DNA from: the human T2T-CHM13v2.0 reference genome, Homo sapiens
Reading direction: 5' to 3' (one strand)
NCBI RefSeq assembly: GCF_009914755.1
Contig: NC_060947.1
Length of the DNA: 64,000 nt
Shown here in pieces: positions 25,112-58,389 of the stretch. Numbering within the stretch: position 1 is the stretch's first letter; every line of letters begins with the position of its first letter. Made by a program: the position numbers and the translations under genes. Under the pieces are notes generated by a model. It ran no database searches. It was not told where the DNA came from and worked only from the letters and a program-made list of their open reading frames with translations.

Positions 25112-28100
25112 TTGTTATTTTACTTTAAGTTCCAGGATACACGTATAGAAATTGCAGGTTTGTTACATAGGTGTACATGTGTCATGGTGGTTTGCTGCAC
25201 CTATTAACCCACCATCTAGATTTTAAGCCCCACATGCATTAGGTATTTGTCCTAATGCTCTCCCACCTCTTGACCACCACCCCATGACAGGCCCCAGTGT
25301 GTGACGTTCCCCTCTCTGTGTTCATGTGTTCTCATTGTTCAACTCCTACTTATGAGTGAGAACATGTGGTGTTTAGTTTTCTGTTCCTGTGTTAGTTTGC
25401 TGAAAATGATGGCTTGCAGCTTCATCCATGTCCCTGCAAAGGATATTAACTCATTCATGTTTGTGCCTGCGTAGTATTCCATGGTGTACATGTACCACAT
25501 TTTTTTTTATCCACTCTATTATTTGTGGGCATTTAGGCTGGTTCCAAGTCTTTGCTATTGTAAATAGTGCTGCAATAATCATACATGGGCATGTGTCTTT
25601 ATAGTAGAATGATTTATAATCCTTTGGGTATATATTCAGTAATGGGATCGCTAGGTCAAATGGTAATTCTGGTTCTAGATACTTGAGGAATCACCAAACT
25701 GTCTTCCACAATGGTTGAACTAATTTACACTCCCACCAAGAGTGTGAAAGTATTTCTATTTCTCCATATCCTCACCAGCAACTGTTGTTTCCTGACTTTT
25801 TAATAATTGCCATTCTAACTGATGTGAGATGGTATCTCGTTGTGGTTTTGATTTACATTTCTCCAATGACCAATGATGATGAGTTTTTTTTCATATGTTT
25901 GCTAACCGCATAAATGTCTTCCTTTGAGATGCATCTGTTCATATACTTCGCCCACTTTTTGATGGGGTTGTTTGTTTTTTTCTTGTAAATTTGTTTAAGT
26001 TTCTTGTAGAGTCTGGATATTAGATCTTTGTCAGATGAGGAGCTTGCAAAAATTTTCTCCCATTCTGTAGGTTGCCTGTTCACTGTGATGATAGTTTCTT
26101 TTGCTGTGTAGAAGCTCTTTAGTTTGATTAGATCCCATTTGTTAATTTTGGCTTTTGTTGCAATTGCTTTTGGTATTTTAGTCATGAAGTTTTGCCCATG
26201 CCTATTTCCTGAATGGTATTGCCTAGGCGTTCTATTTTTTTTCTTTAATTTCACTTTAAATTCTGGAATACATGTGAAGAATGTGCAGGCTTGTTACACA
26301 GGTATACATGTGCCATAGTGGTGTGCTGCACCTATCAACCCATCATCTATGTTTTAAGCCCTGCATGCATTAGGGGTTTGTCCTATTGCTCTCTCTCCCC
26401 TTACTCCCCACCCCCTGACAGGCCCTGGTGTGTGATTTTCCCCTCCCTGTGTCCATGTGTTCTCATTGTTCAACTCCCACTTATAAGTGGGAACATGCAG
26501 TGGTTGATTTTCTATTCCCATGTTAGTTTGCTGAGGATGATGGTTTCCAGCTTCATCCATGTCCCTGAAAAGGACATTAACTCATTCTTTTTTATAGCTG
26601 TATAGTATTCCATGATGTATATGTGCTACATCTACTTTATCCAGTCTATCATTGATGGGGATTTGGATTTGGTTCCAAGTCTTTGCTACTGTAAATAGTG
26701 CTGCAATAAAATACATCTTTATAATAGAATAATTTCTAATCCTTTGGGTATATACCCAGTAATGGGATTGCTGAGTCAAATGGTATTTCTGGTTCCAGAT
26801 CCTTGAGGAATTGCCACACTGTCTTCCACAGTGGGTGAACTAATTTATACTCCCACCAACAGTGTAAAAGTCTTTCTACTTCCTCACATCCTTTGTTTCA
26901 ACCTTGGAGAAGCTGATGATTATGTGTCTTAGGCTTGCACTTTTGAGGAGTAGCTTAGTGGTGTTCTCTGTATTTGCTGAGTTTTAATGTTGGCCTGTCT
27001 TGCTAGGTTGAGGAAGTTCTCCTGTGTTTTCCAATTTGCTTCCATTCTCACCATAACTTTCAGGTACACCAATCAATCGTAAGTTTGGTCTTTGCACATA
27101 GTTTCATATTTCTTGGAGGCTTTGCTCATTCTTTGTTATTCTTTTTTCTCTAATCTTGTCTTCTTGCCTTATTTCAGAAAGTTGATCTCCAATCTCTAAT
27201 ATCTTTTCTTCTGCTTGATTGATTTGGCTACTGATACATGTGCATGCTTCACAAAGTTCTCGTGCTGTGTTTTTCAGCTCCATCAGGTCATTTATGTTTC
27301 TCTCGAAACTGGTTATTCCAGTTAGCAGTTCCTGTAACCTTTTATCGAGGTTCTTAGCTTCCTTTCATTGGGTTAGAAAATGCTCCTTTAGCTCAGAGGA
27401 GTTTGTTATTATCCACCTTCTGAAGCCTACTTATGTCAAATCGTCAATCTCATTTTCCATCCAGTTTTGTGTCCTTGCTGGAGAGAAGTTGTGATCATTT
27501 GGAGGAGAGGAAGCATTCTGGTTTTTGTAATTTTCAGCGTTTTTATGCTTTTTTTTTTTCTCATCTTTGTGCATTTATCTACCTTTGATCTTTGAGGCTG
27601 ATGACCTTTGGATGGGGGTTTTATCTGGGTTCTTTATGTTGATGTTGGTGTTGTTGCTTTCTGTTTGTTAATTTTTCTTCTAACAATCAGGGCCCTCTTC
27701 TGCAGGTCTGCTGCAGTTTGCTAGAGGTCCACTTTAGACCCTGTTTGCCTGGGTATCACCAGTGGAGGCTGCAGAACAGCAAAGTTTGCTGGCTGCTCCT
27801 TCCTCTGGCAGCTTCATCCCAGAGGGGCCTGGCCTGATGACAGCCAGAGCTCTCCTGTATGAGGTGTCTGTTGACCCCTGTTGAGAGGTTTCTTCCAGTC
27901 AGGAGGCATGGGTGTCAGAGACGCACTTGAGGAGGCAAGCTGTCTCTTAGCAGAGCTTGTGCACTGTGCTGGGGAATCCCTGTTGTCAGGATCAGCTGCT
28001 GTCTTCAGAGCTGGCAGGCAGTAGCAGTTAAATCTGCTGAAACTGCACCCACAGCTGCCCCTTTCCCCAGGTGCTCTGTCCCAGGGAGATGAGGGTTTTG

Positions 28101-28881
28101 TCTCTAAGCCCTTGGCTGGGGCTGTTACCTTTCCTTCAGAGATGCCCTGCCCAGTGAGGAGGAATGTAGAGAAACAGTCTGGCCACAGACGCTTTTCTGT
28201 GCCCAGCCCAGACCTCCCAGCCTCCTTAGCACAGTCAGGGGAGAACTGCCTACTAAAGCCTCAGTAATGGTGGATGCCCCTCCCCCCACTGAGCTTGTTC
28301 GTCCCAGGTCAACTTCAGACTGCTCTGCTGGCAGCGAGAATTTCAAGCCAGTTGTTCTTAGCTTGCTGGGCTCCATGGGAGTGGGACCCACTGAGCAAGA
28401 CCACTTGGCTCCCTGGCTTCAGTCCCCTTTCCAGGGGAGTGAATGGTCTGTCTCACTGGGGTTCCAGGCGCCATTGGGGTACAAAAAAAAACTGCAGTAA
28501 ACTCGTGTCTGCCCAAACAGCCGCCCAGTTTTGTGCTTGAAACCCCGGGACCTTGTGGTGTAGGCACATGAGGGAGCCTCCTGATCTGAAGATTGCAAAA
28601 ACCGTGGAAAAAGCGTAGTAACCTGGCTGTGTAGCACAGTCCCTCACGGCTTCCCTTGGCTTGGGGAGGGAAGGCCCTGGTTCCTTGCACTTCCCAGGTG
28701 AAGCGACACCCCACCCTGCTTCTGCTTGCCCTCTGTGGGTTGGATCCACTGCCTAACCAGTCCCAATGAGATGAACTGGGTACCTCAGTTGGAAATGCAG
28801 AAATCATCTGCCTTCTGCATTAGTTTCATTGGGCACTGCAGACCACAGCTGTTTCTATTTGGCCATCTTGTCCCCACCCCC
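25112..28881 (-). mobile_element. Composite L1PA8-like insertion: 3' end (25112-~26235), second 3' end (~26236-26892), then ORF1 and 5'UTR (~26893-28881)
   Basis: TSD TCTAAAAAG(G/A)ATCTT at 25097-25111 and 28882-28896; two L1 3'UTRs in tandem; 5' end GGCCATCTTG at 28861-28870. Confidence 0.85.
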
Positions 28882-29518
28882 TCTAAAAAGAATCTTATTT
28901 CTCCTTCCCTTAGGAATCTTAGTTTGGCTGGATATAAAGTTTTTGATTGAAGATACTTTTTCTTTGAGAATGTTGGATACAGGCCCACAATCTCTTCTGG
29001 CTTTTAGGTTTTTCAGCTAAGAGGTCTGTTGTTAGTCTGATGAGGATCCCTTTGAGGGCAACCTGCCCTTTCTCTCTAGCTGCCTTTTTCATTCTTTCCT
29101 TCATTTTAACTTGGGAAATTTAACTATTAGATGTCTTGGGAATGATCTTCTCATGTAGAATCTTGCAGGAGTTCTCTGTATTTTTTGAATTTGATTGGTG
29201 GCCTCTCTAGCAAGTTTGCAAAGTTTTCTTGGACAATATCTTGAAATATCTTTTCCACACTGTTTGCTTTCTCCCTCTCCCTTTCAGGGGTGCCAAGCAT
29301 TCGTAGATTTAGCCTCTTTATATAATCCCATATTTCTTGGAGGTTTTGTTCATTCTTCATTTTTTATTTTCTATTTTTGTCTGACTGTCTTATTTCAGAG
29401 AGCTAGTCTTTAAGTTCTGAATTTCTTTTTCTCAGCTTGGTCTGTTCTGCTGTTAATACTTGTGATTTCATTGTGAAGTTATTTTATTGTGTTTTTTGAC
29501 CCTTTCAGGTTTGTTGGC

Positions 29519-29630
29519 ATATATATATATATATATGTATATGTATATATACACACACATATATATGTGTGTGTATATATACTATATATACTATATATAC
29601 ATATACATATATATATATATATATGTATAC
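29519..29630. repeat. Compound (TA)n/(CA)n/(TG)n microsatellite
   Basis: atatatat...acacacacatatatatgtgtgtgt... read directly. Confidence 0.95.
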
Positions 29631-31391
29631 TATTTCATCGTTCAGCTCCTGTATTGTTTTATTGTAATTCTTAGTTTCTTTGGGTTGGGTTTTGCTGCCA
29701 TACTGAATCTCAGTGATCCTTGTTTTTATCCATATTCCAAATTCTATTTCTGTCATTTCAGTCAGCTCTGCCTAGTTTAGATCTGTTGGAGAACTGGTGT
29801 GGTCATTTATAGGACATATGACACTTTGGCTATTTGAGTTACTGGAGTTTCTGCATGGGTTCTTTCTCATCTGTGCATGTGGGTGTTCTTTTAGCTGCAA
29901 TGTAGATTGAGTAAAGTCAATAGACTTCTTTTCTGGATGTTTTTGCAGGGTCAAAACTTTGTGCCAGGTCTTTATTTGAAGCTGACTTCTTATATTTGCT
30001 TTCACTGGGAGGGTATTTCCATGAGTTATTTTTGGTGTTGAAGCTTTGGGAGCTTGATCCAGTAGTTGGTGCCTAGGCTTTTTGGTCAGTTGATAGACTG
30101 TTGTTCAGCTGTGTAGCTCCGCTATGTTTCCTCATAGTTTGCAACTGTATTCCATCTCAGATATCTAGAAGGGTGGGCTACTCTCCCCCGTGAGTGATGA
30201 CTGTAGATTGTGGCCTGGTACTCCTGGGCTACCCAGTGAAACTCTGGGACAATTTCAAAATTTGTGTTCTTTCTCTAGCTTGGAAGCTGCAGATGAAGAG
30301 ACTTTAGTAGTGGTTGTGGCCAAGGGCCTTCGCCTCTCTCCTAGGGCCTCCACCTCATGGAGTTGCTTGTCAGCAATCACTCAGTGAAATCAGCTCAGCA
30401 TGAAGGGTCTGTGCTGTTTGGTGATGAGCAGGTGGAGAAGTAGTTGGATCCCATGGGAGATGGACTGGCCTCCTCTTCTTGGGTTGACTGCAGCTTGTTG
30501 GAGGTGTGGATAAGGCACTTAGTGTCTTTGCTCCTTCATTAGTATGAGGGTAGCAAGGGAAGTTTCACTGCAGAGGTGGTGGCAGAGAGGCTTTCAGTTC
30601 CCCAGGAGCTCTGTTCAAGGAGTTGCAGAGCTGCTAATGGCTTGATAACCCGGCAAGGGATGACTAGAGGCCAAGGCCTGGAGGATCTGCCTGGTGAAGA
30701 GTTATGGGAATGGGCACCCATGCAACAGTCTGTCCACTTTTGTTGTATGCCTTGTGTAATATGCTGGGGTTCTACTCCAGTCCATAGTCGCCTTGAATAT
30801 TGCAGTACCTGGAGGTATTAACAGTGAAGGCTGTGAAACAGTCAAGGTGTCGGCCTTCCCTTTCCTCTGGGACCTCTGTTTCATGGATGTATGAACATGT
30901 TGCTGATCTAAACACACTTGTAGGAGGTGGATGGAGACCCTTGTTGGCAGGTCCCATCGAGTGAAGAGAAACATGATTGGGGACCCCCTTTAAAAAGCCG
31001 TCTGGCCACATTCTCCTAGAACAACTGTTCTGTGCTGGGGATCTACCCCAGCCCCTAGTGACCTAGGACTCTTCAAAACCTGAAGGTTGAAATGGCTATA
31101 TCACCCAAGCAGCAAAGATCGAGGCCCACCCCTAACTCTAGGAGCTCCCTTCCAGGGAGGTTTGAAATCTCCATCAGGCAGAGAACACTGGGAGGTTTAG
31201 CTGGAAACCCTTGTTGGGAAGTGATATAATTTTCTGTGTCTCCACCCAAATCTCATCTTGAACTGTAGTTTCCATAATTTCCACATGTGGTGGGAAGGGC
31301 CTAGCGGGAGTTTATTGAATCATGTAGGCAGTTGTCTCATGCTGCTCTCATAATAGTGAGTGAGTTTTCATGAGAGCTGATGGCTTTGTAA

Positions 31392-31767
<376 letters not shown>

Positions 31768-32205
31768 CTAAACCTCTTTCCTTTATAAATTATATAGTCT
31801 CAGGAATATCATTACTAACAGCATGAGAATGGAATAACACAGTAAATTTGTACCAGGAGTAGGATACTGCTATTAAGATACCCCAAAATGTGGAACAACT
31901 TTGGAATTGGGTAACAGACAGAGGTTGGGACAGTTTGGAGGGCTGAGAAAAAGACAGGAAGATGTGGGAAAGTTTGGATCTTCCTAAAGAAGTGTTGAAT
32001 GGCTTTGACCAAAAAAAATAATAATAATAAAATCCAAGCTGAGGTAGTCTCAGATGGAGATAATAAACTGGTTGGAAACTGGAGCAAAGTTGACCTTTAT
32101 GATGCTTTAGCAAAGAGACTGGCAGCATTTTGCCTCCGCCCTAGAGATCTGTGGAACTTTGAACCTGAGAGAGGTCATTTAGGGTATCTGGCAGAAGAAA
32201 TTTCT

Positions 32206-34104
<1,899 letters not shown>

Positions 34105-36040
34105 CTGGCTGAAGAAATTTCTAAGCAGAAAAGCATTCAAGAGGAAACAGAGCACAAAAGTTTGGGAAACATCCCCTGCTGATGCTGTAGTAAAGAAAAA
34201 TCCATTTTCTTGGGAGAAATTCAAGCCTGCTGTAGAAATTTTCATAAGTAACAAGGAGCTGAATGTTAATCACCAAGACAATGGGAAAGTGTCTCCAAGC
34301 CATGTCAGAAAACTTCACTGAAGCCCCTCCCATCAGAGGCCCAGAGGCCTAGGAGGAAAAAATGGTTTCATGAGCCTAGGGCCCTCCCACTGTGTGCAGC
34401 CCAGGGACTTTGTTTTCTGTATACCAGCTGGTCCAGCTATGGCTAAAAGGGGCCAAGGTACAGCTCAGGCCATTGCTTCAGAGAGTGCAAGCCCATAGCC
34501 TTAACAGCTTTCATGTGGTGTTGGGACTGCAGGTGTACAGAAGTCAAGAACTGAGGTTTGGGAACCTCTACCTAGATTTCAGAGGATTATAGAAATGTCT
34601 GGATATCCAGGAAGAAGTTTGCTGCAGGGGCAGTGCCCTCATGGAGAACCTTTGGTAGGGCAGTATGGAAGGAAAATGTGGAGTTGGAGCACCCACACAG
34701 AGTTCCCACTGGGGCATTTCCTAGTGGAGCTGTGAGAAGATGACCACCATCCTCCAGACCACTGAGAGCTTCCACTGTGCACCTAGAAAATCCCAGAAAC
34801 TCAATGCCAGCAAGTGAAAGCAGCTAGAAGGGGGATATGTACCCTGCAAAGCCACAGGGGTAGAGCTGCCCAGGGCCATAAGAGTCCCACTCTTGCATCA
34901 CAGTGGGAGCCCATCTCTTGCATCAACATATCCTGGATGTGAGATATGGAGCCAAAGTGGGTTATTTTGGAACTTTAAAGTTTAATTACAGCCCTTCTGG
35001 ATTTTGGACTTGCATGGGGCCTGTATCCCCTTTGTTTTGGCCAATTTCTTCCATTTGGAATGGGTGGATCTACCCAATGCCTGTCCCCTCATTGTATCTG
35101 GGAAGTAACTAACTTGCTTTTAATTTTACAGGCTTATAGGCAGAAGGCAGTTGCCTTGCCTCAGCTAAGACTTTGGACTTGGACTTTTGAGTTAATGTTG
35201 GAATGAGTTAAGACTTTGGGAGACTGTTGGAAGGGCAAAATTGTGTTTTAAATTGTGAGGACATGAGATTTGAGAGGAACCAGGGGTGGAATAAAATAGT
35301 TTGGCTATGTCCTCACCCAAATCTCATCTCAAACTCCAGTTACCATAATCCCCACATGTCGTGGAAGGGAACCAGTGAGAGATACTTGAATCATGGGGCA
35401 GTTATCTCCATGCTGTTCCCATGATAGTGAGTGAGTTCTCACAAATCTGATGGTTTTAGAAGGGGCTTTTTCCCTCTTTCCACTCTGCATTTTTCCTTGC
35501 TGCCACCATGTGTAAAAGCACGTGTTTGCTTCCCCTTCTTCCATGATTGTAAGTTCCCTGAGGCCTCCCCAGCCCTGTGGAACTGTGAGTCAATTAAACC
35601 TCTTTCCTTTATAATTTATCCACTCTCAGGTATGGCTTTATAAGCAACAAGATAAGAGATTAATACAGGAGGTCCTGGCTAGTGAAGAGAAATGGAATCA
35701 GAAACCAAGACTACTTAAAAAGTAATCTGGCCATATTTTCGTAGAGCAGCTCTGTTGTTCTTGGAGTCTACTTCAGACCCCAATTTTCTCAGACTCTCCA
35801 AAGGCCAAAGACCAGAATGGCTCCATCACCAAAACAGCCAAGATCGTGGCCTGCTCCTCCCCCTGGGTGCTCTGTCCCAAGGAGGTTTGAAATCTCTGTC
35901 AGCTGGAGAACACCGTTGGGGTAGCTGGAGATTCTAGTTGGGAGGTGTCACCAAGTGAGGAGGAATGGGATTAGAGACCTGCTTCAAAAAGCAGTCTGGC
36001 CACATTTTTGAAGAGCCACTGTGCTGTGCTGAGGGTTCAA

Positions 36041-37621
36041 TTATACTTTCTTCTTCTCTGCACATGGAATATACTCTGAAATCAACTACATTCTGAACCA
36101 TAGGGCAATTTTCAGAAAATTCAAAAAAACTGAAATCATACTAACCACACTCTTGGACTACAGTGAAATAAAAATTAAAATCAATACTAAGAAGATCACT
36201 CAAAACCTAATAATTACATGGAAATTAACCTGTTACATAATTACTTTTGTGTAAACAATGAGTTTAAGACAAAAATCAAGAAGTTGTTTGAAAGTAATGA
36301 AAGCAAAGATACAACATACCAGAATCTTGGGAACACAGTGAAAGCAGTGTTAAGAGTTTATACCACTATATGCCCACATCAAAAAAGGCAGAAAAATCTC
36401 AAATTAACAATTTTATATTAAATATAGATGGACTAGAAATACAATAGCAAATCAAGCCTAAAGCTAGCAGTAGAGAAAAAAAATAAGCAAAACCAAAGTT
36501 GAACTAAGAAATTGAGATGTAATAAACTATATGAAAAAATAAAAAAATTCAGGCTCCTAGGGTCTGATAAACAACTCCAGCAAAGTTTCAGGATAAAAAT
36601 CAATGTACAAATATAAGTGGCATTTCTATACACCAATAACATCAAAACTGAAAGTCAAATCCAGAACACAATCCCTTTAACAATAGTCACACACAAAAAA
36701 ATATACCTAGGAATACAGCTAACTAGGGAGGTGAATGACCTCTACAATGCAACTACAAAATACTGCTGAAAGAAATCAGAAATGAAACAAACTCTTAAAT
36801 GCTCATGAATAGGAAGAATCAATATTGTTAAAATGGCTATATTGCCCAAAACAATTTACAGATTTCATGTTATTTCAATGAAGCTATCAATTGCATTTTT
36901 TAAGGAGCTAAAGAAAACTTTTCAAATTCACATGGAACCAAACAGAGCCCAAATAGCCAAAGCAATTGTGACCCAAGTAAAAACAAAACAAAACAAAAAA
37001 AACCCCACAAAGCTAAGGGCATCACATAATCCAACTTTAAATCATACTATAAGAATACAGCAATCAAAAGAGCATGGAACTGGAACAAAAATAACACATA
37101 GACCAAGGGAACAGAACTGAGATCTGAGAAATAAAACCACACACCTATGACTATCTTATCTTTGACCAAGTTGACAAATACAAGTAAGGTGGAAAGGAAT
37201 TCCTATTCAATAAGTGGTGTTGAGATAACTGGCTAGCCATATGCAGATCAAACTGGATATCTTCCTTACACCATATAGAAAAAATAACTCAGAATGGATT
37301 AAAGACTTAAAACCCAAAACTAAAAAGGCCCTTGAACAAAACATAAAACAGAGCATTCTGGACATATACCCTGGCAAAGATTTCATGACAAACATGCTAA
37401 AAGCAATTGCAACAAAACCAAAAATTGACAAATGGCACCGAAGTAAGCTAAAGATCTGCACAACAAAAGGAACTATCAGCAGAGTAAGCAGATAACCTAC
37501 AGAATTGAAGGTTAGTCCATATTTTACAAACATTGTCTGACAAAGGTCTAATATCCAGAATCTATAAGGATCTTAAACAAATTAACAAGGAAGAAACAAA
37601 TCAGCTTAATAAAAAAGTGGG
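36041..37621 (+). mobile_element. Old L1 ORF2 fragment (L1PB/L1MA class) with internal deletion near 36550
   Basis: Degenerate ORF2 peptides ([31 protein letters not shown]). Confidence 0.75.
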
Positions 37622-38508
37622 AGTATTAGTGAGCACTATCTAGAGGGACAGAACTACTAGAATAGATGTATGCATGAAAGGGAGTTTATTAAGGATTATT
37701 AACTCACACAATCACAAGGTGAAGTCCCACCACAGGCTGTCTGCAAGCTGAGGGGCAAGAAAGCCAGTCCGAATCCCAAAACCTTAAAAGTAGGGAAGCT
37801 GACAGTGCAAACTTTAGTCTGTGGCCAAAGGCCCAAGAGCCCCTGGAAAATCACTGCTGTAAGTTCAAGAGTCCAAAATCTGAAAAACTTGGAGTCTGAT
37901 GTTCAAGGGCAGGAAGCATCCAGCACAGGAGAAAGATGAAGGCCCGAATACTCAGCAAATCTGCCCATTCCAGTTTCCTCTGCCTGCTTTATCCTGGCCA
38001 CACTGGTAACTGATTAGATGGTGCCCACCGAGATTCAGGATGGTTCTGCCTTTCCAAGTCCACTGACTCAAATGTTAATTTTCTTTGGCAACACGCTCAC
38101 AAACACACAGAGGAAAAATACTTTGCATCTTTCAATTCAATCAAGTTGACACTCAATATTAACCATCACAAGTCCACCCCGGTCAACTTCAACCAACACT
38201 CATCTCCTGAAATCACACATAATCTTCAGATAAAGACAATAATAAAAAATACGCCTAACGTAGTACACTTATCCTTTGTACAACCAGAAGCGCACTTAAC
38301 CTAAACGCTATTACATAAAGTTAACAACACTTTAGTGCTGATACGAAGTCTTATGTCACATGATAAATCTTATGTCACATGATAAGAAAAAGGAAATAAA
38401 GTGAAGATATTTTCTAAGTACAAGTGTATACATGCACAAACATGTTCTTAACAAAATGAGGAGGAAATATGAAAATTACAGTCTTCATTTCTGCCACTGG
38501 TCACATGG

Positions 38509-42130
<3,622 letters not shown>

Positions 42131-42317
42131 TACTCTGGTAAAAGGCTGAAGGTCTCCTTGGGGAAAATGGAAGAAAGATTAACAGTATAAACTGTCAGTA
42201 GAGCAGTGGGACCCTACCTCAAGGGGACACCTCCTCTTCATTCAAGGAGTTCTGGGTCTGTAAACTGGTTCAAGTCTGGAAATTCACTGAGGGGCCATGA
42301 TTCTCTATTTTTGTAGT

Positions 42318-49950
<7,633 letters not shown>

Positions 49951-50596
49951 AATGATATTAAGCAGCCAACTCCAAAACCCCCAAAATCAATGAAAAAAAT
50001 CCATTTTAAAAATTCTGTTCCTATAGAACCAGTCCTGTTACAAAAATCTGTATTAGTCAGGGTCTCTAGAGGGACAGAACTAATAGTATAGATGTATATA
50101 TGAAAGGGAGTTTATTAAGGATAATCGACTCACACGATCACAAGGTGAAGTCCCACAATAGGCTGTCTGCAAGCTGAGGAGCAAGAAAGACGGTCTGAGT
50201 CCCAAAACCTCAAAAGTAGGGAAATGGACAGTGTAAACTTCAGCCTGTGGCTGAAGGACCAAGAGCCCCTGGAAAAATCACTGGTGCAAGTCGAAGAATC
50301 CAAAACCTGAAGAACTTGGAGTCTGATGTTCAAAGGTGGGAAGTATCCAACACGGGAGAAAGATGAAAGCTGGAAGACTGAGCAAGTCGAGTCCTTCCAA
50401 CTTCTTCTACCTGCTTTATTCTATCCATGCTGATATCTGATTAGATGGTGCCCACCCAGATTCAGGATGTGTCTGTCTGTCCAGTCCACTAACTCAAATG
50501 TTAATCTCCTTTGGCAATACCCTCACAGAAACACCCAGGAACAATACTTTGCGTCTTTCAATTCAATCAAGTTGACTCCCAGTGTTAACCATCACA

Positions 50597-51277
50597 GGAA
50601 CCTCTGCCTAGATTTCAGAGCATGTATGGAAATGCCTGGATGTCAGGCAGAAGTCTGCTGCAGGAGTGGAACCCTCATGGAGAACCTCTACTAAGGCAAT
50701 GAAGAAGGGAAATGCGGGGTTGGAGTCCCCCAACAGGGTCCCCACTGGGGCACTTCCTAGTGGAGCTGTGAGAAGAGGGCCACTGTCCTCCAGACAGCGG
50801 AATGGTAAATTCATTGACAGATTGCCCCATGTACTTGGAAAAGCTACAGGCACTCAACACCAGCTTGAGAAAACAACCACAAGGGCTGTACCCTGCAGAG
50901 CCACAGGAGAGGGGCAGAGGAGCCACCTAGGGCCGTGGAGCCCATCCCTTGCATCAATGTGGCCTGGATGTAAGACATGGAGTAAAAGGAGTTTATGCTG
51001 GAGATTTAAGATTTCATAACTGTTCTGCTGGATACCGGACTTGCATCGGGCCTATAGTCCCTTTGTTTTGAGCAATTTCTCCTTTTTCAAATGGAAACAT
51101 TTACACAATGCCTGTTTCCCCCGTTGTATCTTGGAAGAAACAAACTTGCTTTTGATTTTACAGGATCCTAGGTAGAAGGATGCCTCAGATGAGACATTGA
51201 ACTTGGACTTTTGAGTTAATGCTGAAATAAGTTAAGACTTTGAGGGACTGTTAGGAAGGCATGATTGGTTTTGAAAC
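50597..51277 (+). mobile_element. MaLR (THE1/MST) internal-region fragment without LTRs
   Basis: Homologous to 34561-35250 (ggaacctct.cctagatttcagag...gagttaatg.tg.aat.agttaagact). Confidence 0.8.
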
Positions 51278-52305
51278 AGTAGACAAAAACTATTTTAAAA
51301 TTCCTATGGAACCTTTAAAAAAGCCTGAATAGCCAAGTCAATACTAAGCAAAAGAAACAAAGCTGGAGACATTGCATTACCTGACTTCAAACAATACTAT
51401 AAGGCTACAGTATTCAAGACAGCAAGGTACTGGTACAATAAAAGACTTACAGAACAATGGAACGGAATACAGAGCCCAGAAATACTGCCAAAAACCTACA
51501 AACATTTGATCTTCAGCAAGACCTACACATGGCCGACAAGCATATAAAAAAATGCTCAACATCCATAATTATTAGAGAAACGCAAATCAAAACCACAGTG
51601 AGGTAGGAATGGCTGTTAATTATAAGTCAAAAATAATAGATGCTAGCAAGGTTTTGGAGACAAGGGCACACTTGTTGCACTGCTGGTGAAAATGTAAATC
51701 AGTTCAGTCATTTTTGAAAGCAGTTTGTTAATTTCTTAAAAAACATAAAACAGAATTACCATGTAACCTAGCAATTATATTATTGAGTATATACTGAAAG
51801 AAATATAAGTTGTTCTACCATAAAGACATATGCATGCATATGTTCAGTGAAGCACTGTTCACAATAGGAAAGACATGGAATCGACCTAAATTCCCATCAA
51901 TGGTAGACTGGATAAACAAAATGTGGTGTATATACACAATTGGATATTACACAGCAATAAAAAAGAATGAGATTATGTCCTTTGTAGCAATATGAATGAA
52001 GCTGGAGGCCACTATTCTAAGAAACTAACACAGGAACAGACAACTGAATATTGCATGTTCTCATTTGTAAGTGGAAGTTAAACATTGAGTACACATGGAC
52101 ACAAAGAAGGAAACGACTGACACAGGGACCTACTGGATGGTTGAAGTTGGGAGGAGGGTGAGGACAAAACAAACCTACCTATCGGGTACGATGCTGATTA
52201 GCTGGTTGATAAAATAATCTGTACACCAAACTTCCATGACACCCAGTACACCTATATAACAAACTTTCACTTGTGCTCCTTAACCTAAAATAAAAATTTA
52301 AAAAA
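51278..52305 (+). mobile_element. Truncated older L1 3' end (L1PA15/16-like), internal deletion near 51520
   Basis: ORF2 C-terminal remnants; 3' end aaataatctgtacaccaaac...aaaataaaaatttaaaaaa. Confidence 0.75.
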
Positions 52306-52595
52306 GAGATTTTCAGTTTTTCCCCATTCAATATGATTTTAACTGTGGGTTTGTAATATATTAGCCATTATTATGTTGAGATATGTTTCTTCGTTGCCTA
52401 GTTTATTGAAAGTTTTTATCATGAAGAGATGTCAGTTTATTGAAAGTTTTTATCATGAAGAGATGTCGAATTTTACCAAATGCATTTTCTGCAACTATTG
52501 AAATGACTATATGCTTCTTGTCCTTTTTTTCTGTTGATGGAATGTATCACACTCATGGAATTGCATATATGTAACCATCCTTGCATGCCTGGAAT
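52306..52595 (-). mobile_element. Old L1M ORF2 fragment
   Basis: ttttcagtttttccccattcaatatg...ccatccttgcatgcctggaat, homologous to L1 RT region. Confidence 0.7.
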
Positions 52596-58357
<5,762 letters not shown>

Positions 58358-58389
58358 CAAATGGAATCTTAATTAAAAAAAAAAAAAAA

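Noticed and set aside
26880-26905. Spliced L1 explanation for the ORF1-to-3' join
   Set aside because: No GT donor at the ORF1 side; microhomology fits better.
29487-29780. YI/YM-rich ORFs
   Set aside because: They are translations of a (TA)n/(CA)n microsatellite.
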